In this document: positions 18,710 to 27,754 of the stretch, piece after piece
How the letters are laid out: every line of letters begins with the position of its first letter
Numbering within the stretch: the first letter of the stretch is position 1
Assembly (NCBI GenBank): GCA_024228495.1
Contig: JAAETJ010001012.1
Coordinates: forward strand, 1,434-65,433
Reading direction: 5' to 3'
Origin: a bacterium
GTDB taxonomy: Bacteria > Pseudomonadota > Alphaproteobacteria > Rhizobiales > JAKIUO01
DNA: 64,000 nt
Program-made: the position numbers and the translations under genes
Notes under the pieces: model-generated
The model's input: the letters and a program-made list of their open reading frames with translations, nothing else
What the model was told of the DNA's origin: nothing
The model's database searches: none

Positions 18710-20350
18710 TTAATCCACATCCAGCTGCCAGCCACGGTCTTTGGCGAGCAAGATCATGGCGCGTTCAGCCAGAGCCGTGACGGTCATCAAGGGGTTGGCT
18801 CCCAGCGAACTTGGCACAACGGACCCATCGCAAATATACAGCCCCTCATGCACCCCTTTGCTGTCGCCATCAAACACCTCACATTTGTGATTGACGACGC
18901 CGCTTGATTTATCATCGCCCATGACACATCCGCCTAAAGGATGAGCGGTAGCGTGGGTGTTACCCATCATGCTTTCGGCCAGTGGATTCTTGATATATTT
19001 GCCGCCAATCGAGCCAGCGACCTTGGTCAACATTTCATCGACGCGCTTGTAAACTGGTTCGTCATTGACATTGGGCCAGTCGATAACAACCTTTTCTTTT
19101 TCAAGGCGTATCTTGCCCTCACCGCTATCATGAGATACGGCAAAATAAGTCTGGGTGCGGGCCAGAGGCCCCGCATAAACGCCGCGCAACAAGGCTTTGA
19201 GCGCGCCAGCCAGTCGCCCACCGGGGATGAACATCACCGGCATCAAGGGACCCAATGCCGAAGGCATGACGCCTTCTTCCACCATCAGCTGATTTTCGAG
19301 TACCTCGTCATCTTCATAGGTGATATGGCCAGAAACAGACGCGCCCACAGGCTCAACTTCCACCTTGGCGGGATAACCAACACCAATCGCGTTTATCGAA
19401 ATATCAGCATCATAATTAAAGGCAATGATATCGCCATTGGCGGTGAAATTTTCGCCCAATCGCTCTGATACAGACAGGCCCTTTTCCCTTGAGCGCAATA
19501 AAATAGCAGTGGTGCCAAGCGTTCCAGCTGATAGCACGACATTTTTGGCCGCAACTTTTTGAACATCATCGAGCGGTCTGCCCTTTACGTCGAAGCTGTG
19601 ATAATAAACCAGCCAATCACCGCCGATCTTTTCGATATGAGTGACTTTGGTTTGCGTAAAGATCTGCGCGCCAAAGCGGACCGCATCTGGCAGATAGGTC
19701 AAATCAACGGTGTTTTTAGCGCCCACATTACAACCAGAACAACAATCGCCACACTGGGTACAAGCGGCCTGGTCAACACCTGCTGGATTGGTCTGATCTT
19801 TAAAGCTGATGACCACGGGGGAGTGCTGCATCTTGCCACCGGTCACCTCGGCACCCTTTTTGAGCGCTTGATATTTGATATAACTACTGGCGTTTTCATC
19901 TGTTGCGGGGCGTAGCATGTTATCGGCGCGTTTAAAGCCCTCATCGAGTTCTTCGCCCTCACGTACTTCATCTGGCCATTGGCTCTTTTCGAACACCCGC
20001 TGGTCGGGGCGTAGAGCAACAGCTGCATTAATCAAAGATCCCCCGCCTAGACCCGTGCCGGTCAGCACATGCATATGCTTGCCATGACAAAAATCAAACA
20101 AGGACGTTTCAGAGCCAGCCGCATGCTTTTTGCCATGAATATAGAGCTCGTTTTTCATATCGGGAAAACGGGCGGGAAAGTCGCCAATCAAGAATTCACG
20201 CCCGCGCTCGAGTACACAAACGCTTTGCCCGGCTCGGGCCATGCGTGAAGCGGCAACGCCGCCACCATATCCAGACCCGATAATAACGGTATCATAGCAG
20301 GTTTTCATTTCTTCGAGCGGAAGAGCCAATGGGGCGTTCGGGCGGGTCAT
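18710..20350 (-). CDS. GMC oxidoreductase, cholesterol oxidase-like
   Basis: IIGSGYGGGVAA, LERGRE, GTGLGGGSLINA, CTQCGDCCSGCNVGAKNT, TAHPLGGC, GANPLMTVTALAER. Confidence 0.88.
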   Translation of the reverse strand: MTRPNAPLALPLEEMKTCYDTVIIGSGYGGGVAASRMARAGQSVCVLERGREFLIGDFPARFPDMKNELYIHGKKHAAGSETSLFDFCHGKHMHVLTGTGLGGGSLINAAVALRPDQRVFEKSQWPDEVREGEELDEGFKRADNMLRPATDENASSYIKYQALKKGAEVTGGKMQHSPVVISFKDQTNPAGVDQAACTQCGDCCSGCNVGAKNTVDLTYLPDAVRFGAQIFTQTKVTHIEKIGGDWLVYYHSFDVKGRPLDDVQKVAAKNVVLSAGTLGTTAILLRSREKGLSVSERLGENFTANGDIIAFNYDADISINAIGVGYPAKVEVEPVGASVSGHITYEDDEVLENQLMVEEGVMPSALGPLMPVMFIPGGRLAGALKALLRGVYAGPLARTQTYFAVSHDSGEGKIRLEKEKVVIDWPNVNDEPVYKRVDEMLTKVAGSIGGKYIKNPLAESMMGNTHATAHPLGGCVMGDDKSSGVVNHKCEVFDGDSKGVHEGLYICDGSVVPSSLGANPLMTVTALAERAMILLAKDRGWQLDVD

Positions 20351-20459
20351 GACTAAATACTTTCTGCTTACTTTGAACTATTTGCGTATACCAGCCCCTC
20401 TTTACCGGCAAGCCGTTGGTGGATCAAATCATTCTCGCCAAAAGCACTAATATGCCGCG

Positions 20460-21527
20460 CTATTGGAACGTGCGCATCTTTTTCCGCGATCCCAGGGCAA
20501 ACGGATCTATGACCGCAATGATCTCGCTCTTTGCATCCGACAAGACGAGACGTCTTTGCATTTTGGGCGTCATATAGAGCCCGCCGTTCTTGTCAACGAG
20601 CAAGATTTGCGCAAGTCCCATATTGCGGGCAGTCTCGACCCATGCGGTTGGCCCGGCAACACTGAGCGCCGTCGCGCCAGCATCAGCCAATGCGCTATTT
20701 TTATGGATCACAGTCGCCGAGATGATGTGATCAACCGGCCAGCCGGTGCGCGGGTCGAGGATATGAGAGTAGCGCTTGCCTTCATGTTCCTTGAAGCGAA
20801 AATAGTTACCGGACGTATAAAGCGCCTCTCCTGGCTGCAGATCGACCGTGGCGATCACGCCCCAATGCCTGGGATGGCGAATGCCTGCGCGCCACAAGCG
20901 CGACCCGTAACGGCCAATGATATTGAGATCCCCTCCAGCGTTCAGAACAGCGTTTTTTATACCATGGCGCTGCAATAGCTGCGCCGCCCAATCAAGGGCC
21001 ACGCCCTTGGCAAAACCACCAAAATCAAGTTGCACGGCTTTATTCCGCGAGCTAACTACGCCGCTCTTGATAGTGAGATCTTGCATGGACGGACGGGCTT
21101 TGATCAGCTCTCTAATCAGCTGCTTGTCTGGCGGAGGACCCTCTGGCTTGTCGCTTGAATGAAATCCCCACAGCGCAATCAGCTTGCTAATCGCCGGGTT
21201 AAACAATCCGTGGCTCATACGCTCAAAATCTCGTGCCTGATCCAGCAGTGCCGCCATGTCATTGTCGATTTTGTGGGGAACACCATTAGCAATTGCCGTA
21301 TTGAGTGTTCCCAGCTTGCCGGCCTTCCAGGCATGCCAGTCCTTATGGCGTTGTTGAAAGCCATGTGAGATCAGTGCAACCGACTTATCGCTCATTTCTT
21401 TGCTCACGCCATAGAGCGTCAACTCCACCAGCGTGCCAAAAACATAAAGCGTATATTTATGCTCGGCTGGCCGGGCGCATGAGGAAACAAGGGTGGCAAG
21501 CAACAACAAGGCAACGAGCACTCTCAT
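20460..21527 (-). CDS. apbE: FAD:protein FMN transferase, ApbE/RnfF family lipoprotein
   Basis: Lipobox VSSC, FGT, GLFNPAI, LDFGGFAKG, NAGGD, TSGNYFR, YSHILDPRTG, ADAGATAL. Confidence 0.92.
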   Translation of the reverse strand: MRVLVALLLLATLVSSCARPAEHKYTLYVFGTLVELTLYGVSKEMSDKSVALISHGFQQRHKDWHAWKAGKLGTLNTAIANGVPHKIDNDMAALLDQARDFERMSHGLFNPAISKLIALWGFHSSDKPEGPPPDKQLIRELIKARPSMQDLTIKSGVVSSRNKAVQLDFGGFAKGVALDWAAQLLQRHGIKNAVLNAGGDLNIIGRYGSRLWRAGIRHPRHWGVIATVDLQPGEALYTSGNYFRFKEHEGKRYSHILDPRTGWPVDHIISATVIHKNSALADAGATALSVAGPTAWVETARNMGLAQILLVDKNGGLYMTPKMQRRLVLSDAKSEIIAVIDPFALGSRKKMRTFQ

Positions 21528-21997
21528 GTACCGCAGGCCTTTGACGCAAATTCAAATGGGGTGCGACGCAAATAAACGGGCACAAAGCGTTGCCCGGCAT
21601 TTCTGGTGAGGTGCCCGGCAAAAACCAGTCCCCCGGCAAGCCCGACCATCGCGCCAAGCCCTGCAACACCATCACCAAAACCAAGGGCCAAAGCGATCAG
21701 TGACAAACCAATCATGGCTAGAAGCGGCAGCATATAAACAGCCAACGAGGCCAGCACCAGATCGCTTTCTGGCATACCGATAATCACCTGTTCGCCGGTC
21801 ACCGCATTAAAATCATTTTTGATATGCAACAGATTGCGCTTGCGGCCAAGAAAAATGACCAGCACCGAGATGCCACAGCCTTTTGCCGCGCCGCAATCAT
21901 TGCAGGCACTGGTGCGTTTTGCTTCCAGCACAGCCATATCCCCTTCAAGGGCGACAACCGTAGCCGTAGCCTCGATCAATTCATGTTCACTACTCAT
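21524..21997 (-). CDS. RseC/MucC family membrane protein
   Basis: R.SAC.DCGAAKGCG motif, G..V.IG.PE, SL.VYMLPLL and two TM helices; overlaps the apbE start. Confidence 0.85.
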   Translation of the reverse strand: MSSEHELIEATATVVALEGDMAVLEAKRTSACNDCGAAKGCGISVLVIFLGRKRNLLHIKNDFNAVTGEQVIIGMPESDLVLASLAVYMLPLLAMIGLSLIALALGFGDGVAGLGAMVGLAGGLVFAGHLTRNAGQRFVPVYLRRTPFEFASKACGT

Positions 21998-22006
21998 GGG
22001 CTCAGT

Positions 22007-22882
22007 TTAGAGTATCAAGGGTGGCAGTTGCAAACAAAGTTCCGCAGCGCTGATCCCCATCGCCCGAATGGTCTTGAGGCTGGTCTCACCATCGCTCTTT
22101 GACAGCTTGCGACCCGTCATATCGACCAGCAGGGGATGGTGGAAATAAAGCGGCTCGGGAAGGTCCAACAAGATTTGCAGCAGTCGCTGCATACTGGTGG
22201 CATAATAGAGATCTTCGCCGCGCGTTACATGCGTCACCCCTTGCAACGCATCATCCACCACTACCGCGAGATTATAACTTGTGGGCATTTCACGGCGTGC
22301 CAGAATCATGTCTCCCCAGTCCAGAGGCGATACGTCGATCACTTGATAGCTGCCATCTTTCTGGCGCTCACGAAAGCTGATCACATCGGTTTTTTGCAAG
22401 GCTAAATCCACCGCTTTTTTCATATTGAGGCGCAAAGTATGAGGCTCCCCGGCCGCAATGCGCGCAACCGCTTCTTTTGATGAAATGTCACGATAAATGC
22501 CGGGATAGATGGGGAAGCCATCTGGCGTATCCGGCATGGTTGGGGTGAGTTCGTGCTCGGCAATTTCTCGGCGGCTGGCAAAACAGGGGAACAAAAGACC
22601 AAGCTGCTCAAGCTTTTCGAGTGCCTTGGCGTAATTCTCCATATGCTGCGATTGTTTCCAGACCGGCGTCTCCCAGTCAAGACCAAGCCATGTGAGATCG
22701 TCATAAATCTGATCGATAAACTCGTCGCGCGCCCTGCCCCCGTCCACGTCTTCAATACGCAGCAAAAGCCGCCCCCGCTCCTGTTTGACCAAATGGTCTG
22801 TGACCAGCGCCGAATAGGCATGCCCCAGATGCAGCTCGCCATTTGGACTTGGTGCGAAACGAAAAACCGGTGATTTACTCAT
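22007..22882 (-). CDS. gluQ: tRNA glutamyl-Q(34) synthetase GluQRS
   Basis: RFAPSPNGELHLGH, LRIEDVD, SYNLAVVVDDALQGVTHVTRGEDL, KLSKS; short, no anticodon-binding domain. Confidence 0.9.
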   Translation of the reverse strand: MSKSPVFRFAPSPNGELHLGHAYSALVTDHLVKQERGRLLLRIEDVDGGRARDEFIDQIYDDLTWLGLDWETPVWKQSQHMENYAKALEKLEQLGLLFPCFASRREIAEHELTPTMPDTPDGFPIYPGIYRDISSKEAVARIAAGEPHTLRLNMKKAVDLALQKTDVISFRERQKDGSYQVIDVSPLDWGDMILARREMPTSYNLAVVVDDALQGVTHVTRGEDLYYATSMQRLLQILLDLPEPLYFHHPLLVDMTGRKLSKSDGETSLKTIRAMGISAAELCLQLPPLIL

Positions 22883-22917
22883 TGTGCTTTTAAAGTGCTC
22901 CTCTTAAGAATTGATCC

Positions 22918-23568
22918 ATGTCCTATCACATTATCAAAACCAACGAAGATATTGCGCGAGCTGTGCAAAATTTGACCGCCTCGTGCCCGTTAATGAGCGA
23001 GGCTCATAAAATCGCCGGTCTGCCACCTTTGCGGCACCATCAAAACAGCTACTCATCTGTTGCACGTATCGTCACCGGGCAATTATTGTCAGTTGCCAGT
23101 GCGCGCGCCATCTGGATGCGAGTGGAAGCGCTGGCACAGCCGTTTGATCCCCAAAACGTTCTTGCACTTGATCATCAGCTGCTCAAAAAAGCGGGACTTT
23201 CGAACGCCAAAATTCGCACGCTCAAGGCGCTGGCAAGCGCCATACAACAAGGCGCTGTTGATTTCGCGCACTTGGCGACACAAGAGAATGGCCTAGTCCG
23301 AGAACAGATGATGGCGGTGCATGGCATCGGCCCCTGGACAACCGATATCTACATCATGTTCTGTCTGGGGCGAGCTGATGGTTTTGCGCCAGGAGATATC
23401 GCCTTGGCAAATGCTGTTGGCCTGTTGAAAAAAAGCAATAAACGGCCTACACCAGCTCAGTTGCAAAAGATGGCAAAAAAATGGAGCCCGTGGCGCGGCG
23501 TAGCAGCCAGATTGCTCTGGCACTATTATGGTGCGATCAAAAACACCAAAACTGAAACCAGCGAATAA
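22918..23568 (+). CDS. DNA-3-methyladenine glycosylase II (AlkA family)
   Basis: GQLLSVASA, GLSNAK, HhH motif GIGPWT.D, PGDIAL, WSPWRGVAA.LLW. Confidence 0.9.
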   Translation: MSYHIIKTNEDIARAVQNLTASCPLMSEAHKIAGLPPLRHHQNSYSSVARIVTGQLLSVASARAIWMRVEALAQPFDPQNVLALDHQLLKKAGLSNAKIRTLKALASAIQQGAVDFAHLATQENGLVREQMMAVHGIGPWTTDIYIMFCLGRADGFAPGDIALANAVGLLKKSNKRPTPAQLQKMAKKWSPWRGVAARLLWHYYGAIKNTKTETSE

Positions 23569-23586
23569 AAAGGTTGATCAACTCGA

Positions 23587-24255
23587 ATGGACATACAACG
23601 CCTTGACGGCCCGCACATCAGCTCCTTATCCGGGACGACCAAACAATTAGTCATTATTCTCCATGGATATGGGGCCGACGGGAACGATTTAATCCCACTT
23701 GGCCGACAATGGCAGCAAATGTTGCCCAATGCGGAGTTCGTGGCGCCCAATGCCCCACAATTTTGTCAAAACCCGCCCATGGGCTATCAGTGGTTTCCTT
23801 TGAACGTCACCATACAGGGGGTAGTCTCGACACCCCAGGAGCGCTGGGACGGGGCACTGGCTGCCACGCCATCGCTTGATGCCTTTATCGATGCGGAACT
23901 GGCGCGTACAAAGCTTGACCCGTCAAATCTGGCTCTGGTTGGTTTCTCGCAAGGGGCCATGATGGCGCTACATGTTGGTTTGCGCCGCACCCCCTCACCG
24001 GCAGCTATTGTCAGCTATTCAGGTATGCTGCTGGGGCCGGATCATCTGGACACCATCACCGCTAAATCGCCCGTTTTTCTGGCCCACGGATCTGTGGATG
24101 AAATCGTCCCTTTTGAGGCCATGTCGTTGAGCAAGCAGGCCCTCACAAGCATCGATATAGACGTCACGTCCTATGTCGAAGAGGGCATGGGGCATGGCAT
24201 TGATGGCGAAGCGACCTGGCTAGCAGGCGAGTTTCTGGTCAAAAGTTTTATCTGA
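23587..24255 (+). CDS. Phospholipase/carboxylesterase (alpha/beta hydrolase)
   Basis: LHGYGADGNDL, GFSQG nucleophile, HGSVDEIVP, GHGI. Confidence 0.9.
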   Translation: MDIQRLDGPHISSLSGTTKQLVIILHGYGADGNDLIPLGRQWQQMLPNAEFVAPNAPQFCQNPPMGYQWFPLNVTIQGVVSTPQERWDGALAATPSLDAFIDAELARTKLDPSNLALVGFSQGAMMALHVGLRRTPSPAAIVSYSGMLLGPDHLDTITAKSPVFLAHGSVDEIVPFEAMSLSKQALTSIDIDVTSYVEEGMGHGIDGEATWLAGEFLVKSFI

Positions 24256-24760
24256 TCACGCGATTGCCGCAATAGTTTTCGTGAGCTTGGCGGGCTGCCA
24301 GAACCAGCGGTTTATAAGCCAGTCCCAAACGGCTCACGCCCCGGCAAACACTATTGTCGAGGCTGGCCATGAAGCAGCTATGGCTCGTTTTGTCGATTAC
24401 ATCGTCTAAATGATAATCGGTCATCTGGTAGATGCCTTTGAGCCTATTTTTTTTCATGGTTTTCGATAAATTTCCCGTAAATTCCAGATAGATGGCAGGT
24501 TCTTCCTGTCGTAGAGCTTTGGCGTATTTTTTGTGCGCCGATCCCATTCGTTGTTCGATTTCGGTGCAATCAGGAGAAGACGAGCTGCTCGATCGACCAA
24601 AACCAAATGAAGGAAATGAGTACGTCGACAGGCTGGTACAGCCAGAAAGGCCAATGGCAAGAACCATCAAGGGTGCGAACAAGGAACGCCGATCACGCGC
24701 CAAGCACAAAAATGTTTTTTGGCATCTAATTAAATAATAATAAAACAAAAACAAATACAT
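24248..24760 (-). CDS. Hypothetical lipoprotein
   Basis: Lipobox LSGC, Ser-rich linker, four further Cys; true start may be the TTG of LARDRR rather than ATG 24760. Confidence 0.6.
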   Translation of the reverse strand: MYLFLFYYYLIRCQKTFLCLARDRRSLFAPLMVLAIGLSGCTSLSTYSFPSFGFGRSSSSSSPDCTEIEQRMGSAHKKYAKALRQEEPAIYLEFTGNLSKTMKKNRLKGIYQMTDYHLDDVIDKTSHSCFMASLDNSVCRGVSRLGLAYKPLVLAARQAHENYCGNRVIR

Positions 24761-24879
24761 GAAAGCCCCCCAGCCCTTACATTATCTGTACCCTGCTTTA
24801 TAGGACCAATGCAAGTCTATGTACCCGGCGGCACCACGGTGATCGCCAACTATACTTTGCTGATCTGACGAGATGTGCT

Positions 24880-25473
24880 ATGACCTCGCTAAATAAGGAG
24901 CTTGATGTGAAAATGATCGCCAAGGGCACTCCGCCGGAAAATTGGCCGGCTTTGGTACTGAACGCCGACTATCGGCCGCTTAGCTACTATCCCTTGTCCT
25001 TGTGGAACTGGCAGGCAACCGTAAAAGCGGTATTTCTCGATCGTGTCAACATTGTCGACAGCTATGATCGTAAAATCCACAGCCCGAGCTTTGAAATCCA
25101 GCTGCCAAGCGTCGTGGCGCTTAAAACCTATGTGCGCCCTGCCCTGTATCCAGCCTTTACCCGCTTCAATGTATTTTTGCGCGATCGTTTTTCCTGCCAA
25201 TATTGTGGCGATCTTGACGATCTGACCTTTGATCACCTGATCCCGCGCTCAAAGGGTGGCCGCACCCGCTGGGATAATGTGGTCACCGCCTGCTCGCCAT
25301 GCAATCTAAAAAAAGGCGCACGCGATGCGAGAACCATAGGCATGTTGCCCATGCAAACGCCTTATCGCCCCACAGTCTATGAATTGCACCGCAATGGCCG
25401 CTCATTTCCTCCCAATTTCCTGCACCAAAGCTGGATCGATTATCTTTATTGGGATACTGAACTGGATGAGTAG
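24880..25473 (+). CDS. HNH endonuclease (conserved alphaproteobacterial McrA-like)
   Basis: PALVLNADYRPLSYYPLS, FTRFNVFLRD, CQYCG, LTFDHLIPRSKGG, W.NVVTACSPCN. Confidence 0.92.
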   Translation: MTSLNKELDVKMIAKGTPPENWPALVLNADYRPLSYYPLSLWNWQATVKAVFLDRVNIVDSYDRKIHSPSFEIQLPSVVALKTYVRPALYPAFTRFNVFLRDRFSCQYCGDLDDLTFDHLIPRSKGGRTRWDNVVTACSPCNLKKGARDARTIGMLPMQTPYRPTVYELHRNGRSFPPNFLHQSWIDYLYWDTELDE

Positions 25474-25602
25474 GATTGGCGCGGATATCACAATCTATCC
25501 ACATGATGTGATGCTGCCTTGTGTAAACATTTTTGCTCTCATTGACCTTACTGAATGAACCACGCATAGATGGCCTCTCATTAGGTTCCAAAGGTCGAAC
25601 AT

Positions 25603-26940
25603 ATGGTAAGCGACAAGCAAATCAGCCCAAACAGCAAGCGACAGGAACGCCAGTTGCAGGTGGCTCGGAAACTGTTTGCAGAGATTGGCGAACAACTCGA
25701 TGTCGATCTTTGTGTGAAGCTGTGGGATGGCTCGATTGTACCGCTTGGCGAGGATGTGACCAGCGATTTGATGATCATCATCAAACATCCCGGCGTCATC
25801 ACTTCGCTTATGCGCCGTCCCAGACTAGATGTCATTATTCGACATTTTATCAAAGGCATGATCGATTTTGAGGGTGGCACTTTGCTGGATGTCGGCGTGC
25901 GTCTGGCCTTTAAACATACCAGAGGCCGCCTAAAAAAAATTCCCCGGCGTGACATCTTTAATTTCGCCAAGGCCTTCATGTTTGCGCCAACCCTCAAACC
26001 CGGTGAAAGCCGCAGTTTTGGCGGCGATCAAACGGGCAAACCACAAACGCGTACCAAGCAGAGCGACAAGGCATTTATTGAGTTTCACTATGATCTTTCC
26101 AACGAATTTTATGAGCTGTTTCTGGGCGAGCACATGGTCTATACCTGCGCCTATTTTACCGATTGGGAAAACACCTTGGACAAGGCCCAGCTTGACAAGC
26201 TGGACATGATTTGCCGCAAGCTGCGCCTCGTCCAAGGCGAGCGGTTTTTGGATATTGGCTGCGGCTGGGGTGGCCTCATTTGTCATGCCGCCAAGCATTA
26301 TGGAGTCAAGGCCCACGGGGTCACCCTGTCAAGCGAACAATATGATTACGCGGTCAAAAAAATAACCAATATGGGACTGCAAGACCTTGTCACCATTGAG
26401 CTCAAAGACTATCGAGCACTGGACGAGAAATTCGACAAGATCGCCTCGATTGGCATGGCCGAAGCAATTGGCGTTGCCAACACAGATGAATATTTTGCCA
26501 CCGTCAATAGATTGCTTGTCGACAAGGGCCTGTTTCTCAATCATGCCATCGCCCGCAAGGCCAAAAAGAAAAATAACACATTTTCAAGCCGTCCGGAGCA
26601 ACGCGCACTGCAAAAATATATCTTTCCTGGCGGTGAACTCGATGATCTGGGCCATACAATTGCGGCTCTTGAACAGCACAAATTCGAAATTATGGATGTG
26701 GAAGGCTGGCGCGAACATTATCAATTGACCACCCAACTATGGTGTGATCGCCTAACCCAGAACAAGGAGCAGGCCGTCGCGCTGGTTGGAGAGGAAACCT
26801 ATCGCATATGGGTCGCCTATCTTGGCGGCGCGTCCCTGGCGTTTTTGCGCGGCTCCGCGCGGCTTTATCAAACCCTGGTGAGCAAAAACCCGAAGGGGCC
26901 AACCAAACTGCCTCCCAGCCGCCACGATTTGTATAAATAG
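25603..26940 (+). CDS. cfa: Cyclopropane-fatty-acyl-phospholipid synthase family methyltransferase
   Basis: FHYDLSNEFY, MVYTCAYF, LDIGCGWGG, GVTLS.EQ, YIFPGGEL. Confidence 0.9.
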   Translation: MVSDKQISPNSKRQERQLQVARKLFAEIGEQLDVDLCVKLWDGSIVPLGEDVTSDLMIIIKHPGVITSLMRRPRLDVIIRHFIKGMIDFEGGTLLDVGVRLAFKHTRGRLKKIPRRDIFNFAKAFMFAPTLKPGESRSFGGDQTGKPQTRTKQSDKAFIEFHYDLSNEFYELFLGEHMVYTCAYFTDWENTLDKAQLDKLDMICRKLRLVQGERFLDIGCGWGGLICHAAKHYGVKAHGVTLSSEQYDYAVKKITNMGLQDLVTIELKDYRALDEKFDKIASIGMAEAIGVANTDEYFATVNRLLVDKGLFLNHAIARKAKKKNNTFSSRPEQRALQKYIFPGGELDDLGHTIAALEQHKFEIMDVEGWREHYQLTTQLWCDRLTQNKEQAVALVGEETYRIWVAYLGGASLAFLRGSARLYQTLVSKNPKGPTKLPPSRHDLYK

Positions 26941-27053
26941 CCGCCATGGTCACGACTCTCCTTACACCCCCTACATTGACGCTAACGCGCGCATACACGT
27001 TAGCACTTTAATTATTTTTTAGGGTTATACTGGGGACAGAGAGGACTTTGATC

Positions 27054-27560
27054 ATGTTACCCTGCAAACCACTCACCTTTTTTGCCCTGTTCTGGGTATT
27101 TTTAATTCCCGGCGCAATCCCCGCGATGAGCGCAAAGGTGACGACTGTAAATGATTGTGAGAAATCACCCTTCAGCGGCTCATGGGTCTCAACTGATAAA
27201 ACTGTGCCATTTTTGTCTAAACTAGAGATTACGGACCTTTGCAAACACATCACAACCAAGCCCGTGGCGACCAATACTCCATGGGCGGGCGTCCTTGGAC
27301 AGGAGCGAAACTATTTCTATCGCGAATACAGACTTCGCCCCTCCAGCACCTGTTATCCTCTTGATTGCGTGTGGGGTCGCTCCAAGGGCCAGGTCGATAG
27401 CAATGGGGCGCTGGTCGCAAACTTTCACCTGTTCTTTTCTCGAAGATATTTGAAGTTAACGTGGAAAAAACAGGCACTCCATATCAATTGGCGAATTCAG
27501 TATCTCAGTGGCAAGAAGCCAGACCAGATCGGTGAAACGCTACTGGTACGTACCAACTAG
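27054..27560 (+). CDS. Hypothetical secreted protein
   Basis: Signal peptide-like N-terminus, F.GSW and CYPLDCVWG motifs; GAGG upstream. Confidence 0.6.
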   Translation: MLPCKPLTFFALFWVFLIPGAIPAMSAKVTTVNDCEKSPFSGSWVSTDKTVPFLSKLEITDLCKHITTKPVATNTPWAGVLGQERNYFYREYRLRPSSTCYPLDCVWGRSKGQVDSNGALVANFHLFFSRRYLKLTWKKQALHINWRIQYLSGKKPDQIGETLLVRTN

Positions 27561-27754
27561 TCCTCTGGCACATTAATTCAGGTCATTAAAACGAGCCAGG
27601 ATCGCTACATACTCGAACGCATGAATATGTAAAAAACCCATGAAACAATCGTTTATTTTAACGATCTGGCTAACTTAATACCGTTATTTCCTTGTTATTT
27701 CAAACCCTTTTCACTATTCTCATCTCTCTTATTAAATGTGAGGACTGATCCCGC

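Noticed and set aside
24880-25473. HNH nuclease as a defence system or homing element
   Set aside because: It resembles the conserved stand-alone alphaproteobacterial HNH protein, with no methylase, ATPase or intron context.
27000-27026. TTAGCACT half-site suggesting a CIRCE element, given hrcA in the window
   Set aside because: The second arm GAGTGCTAA is absent and it is not upstream of a chaperone gene. No CIRCE was seen before htpG, hrcA or grpE.
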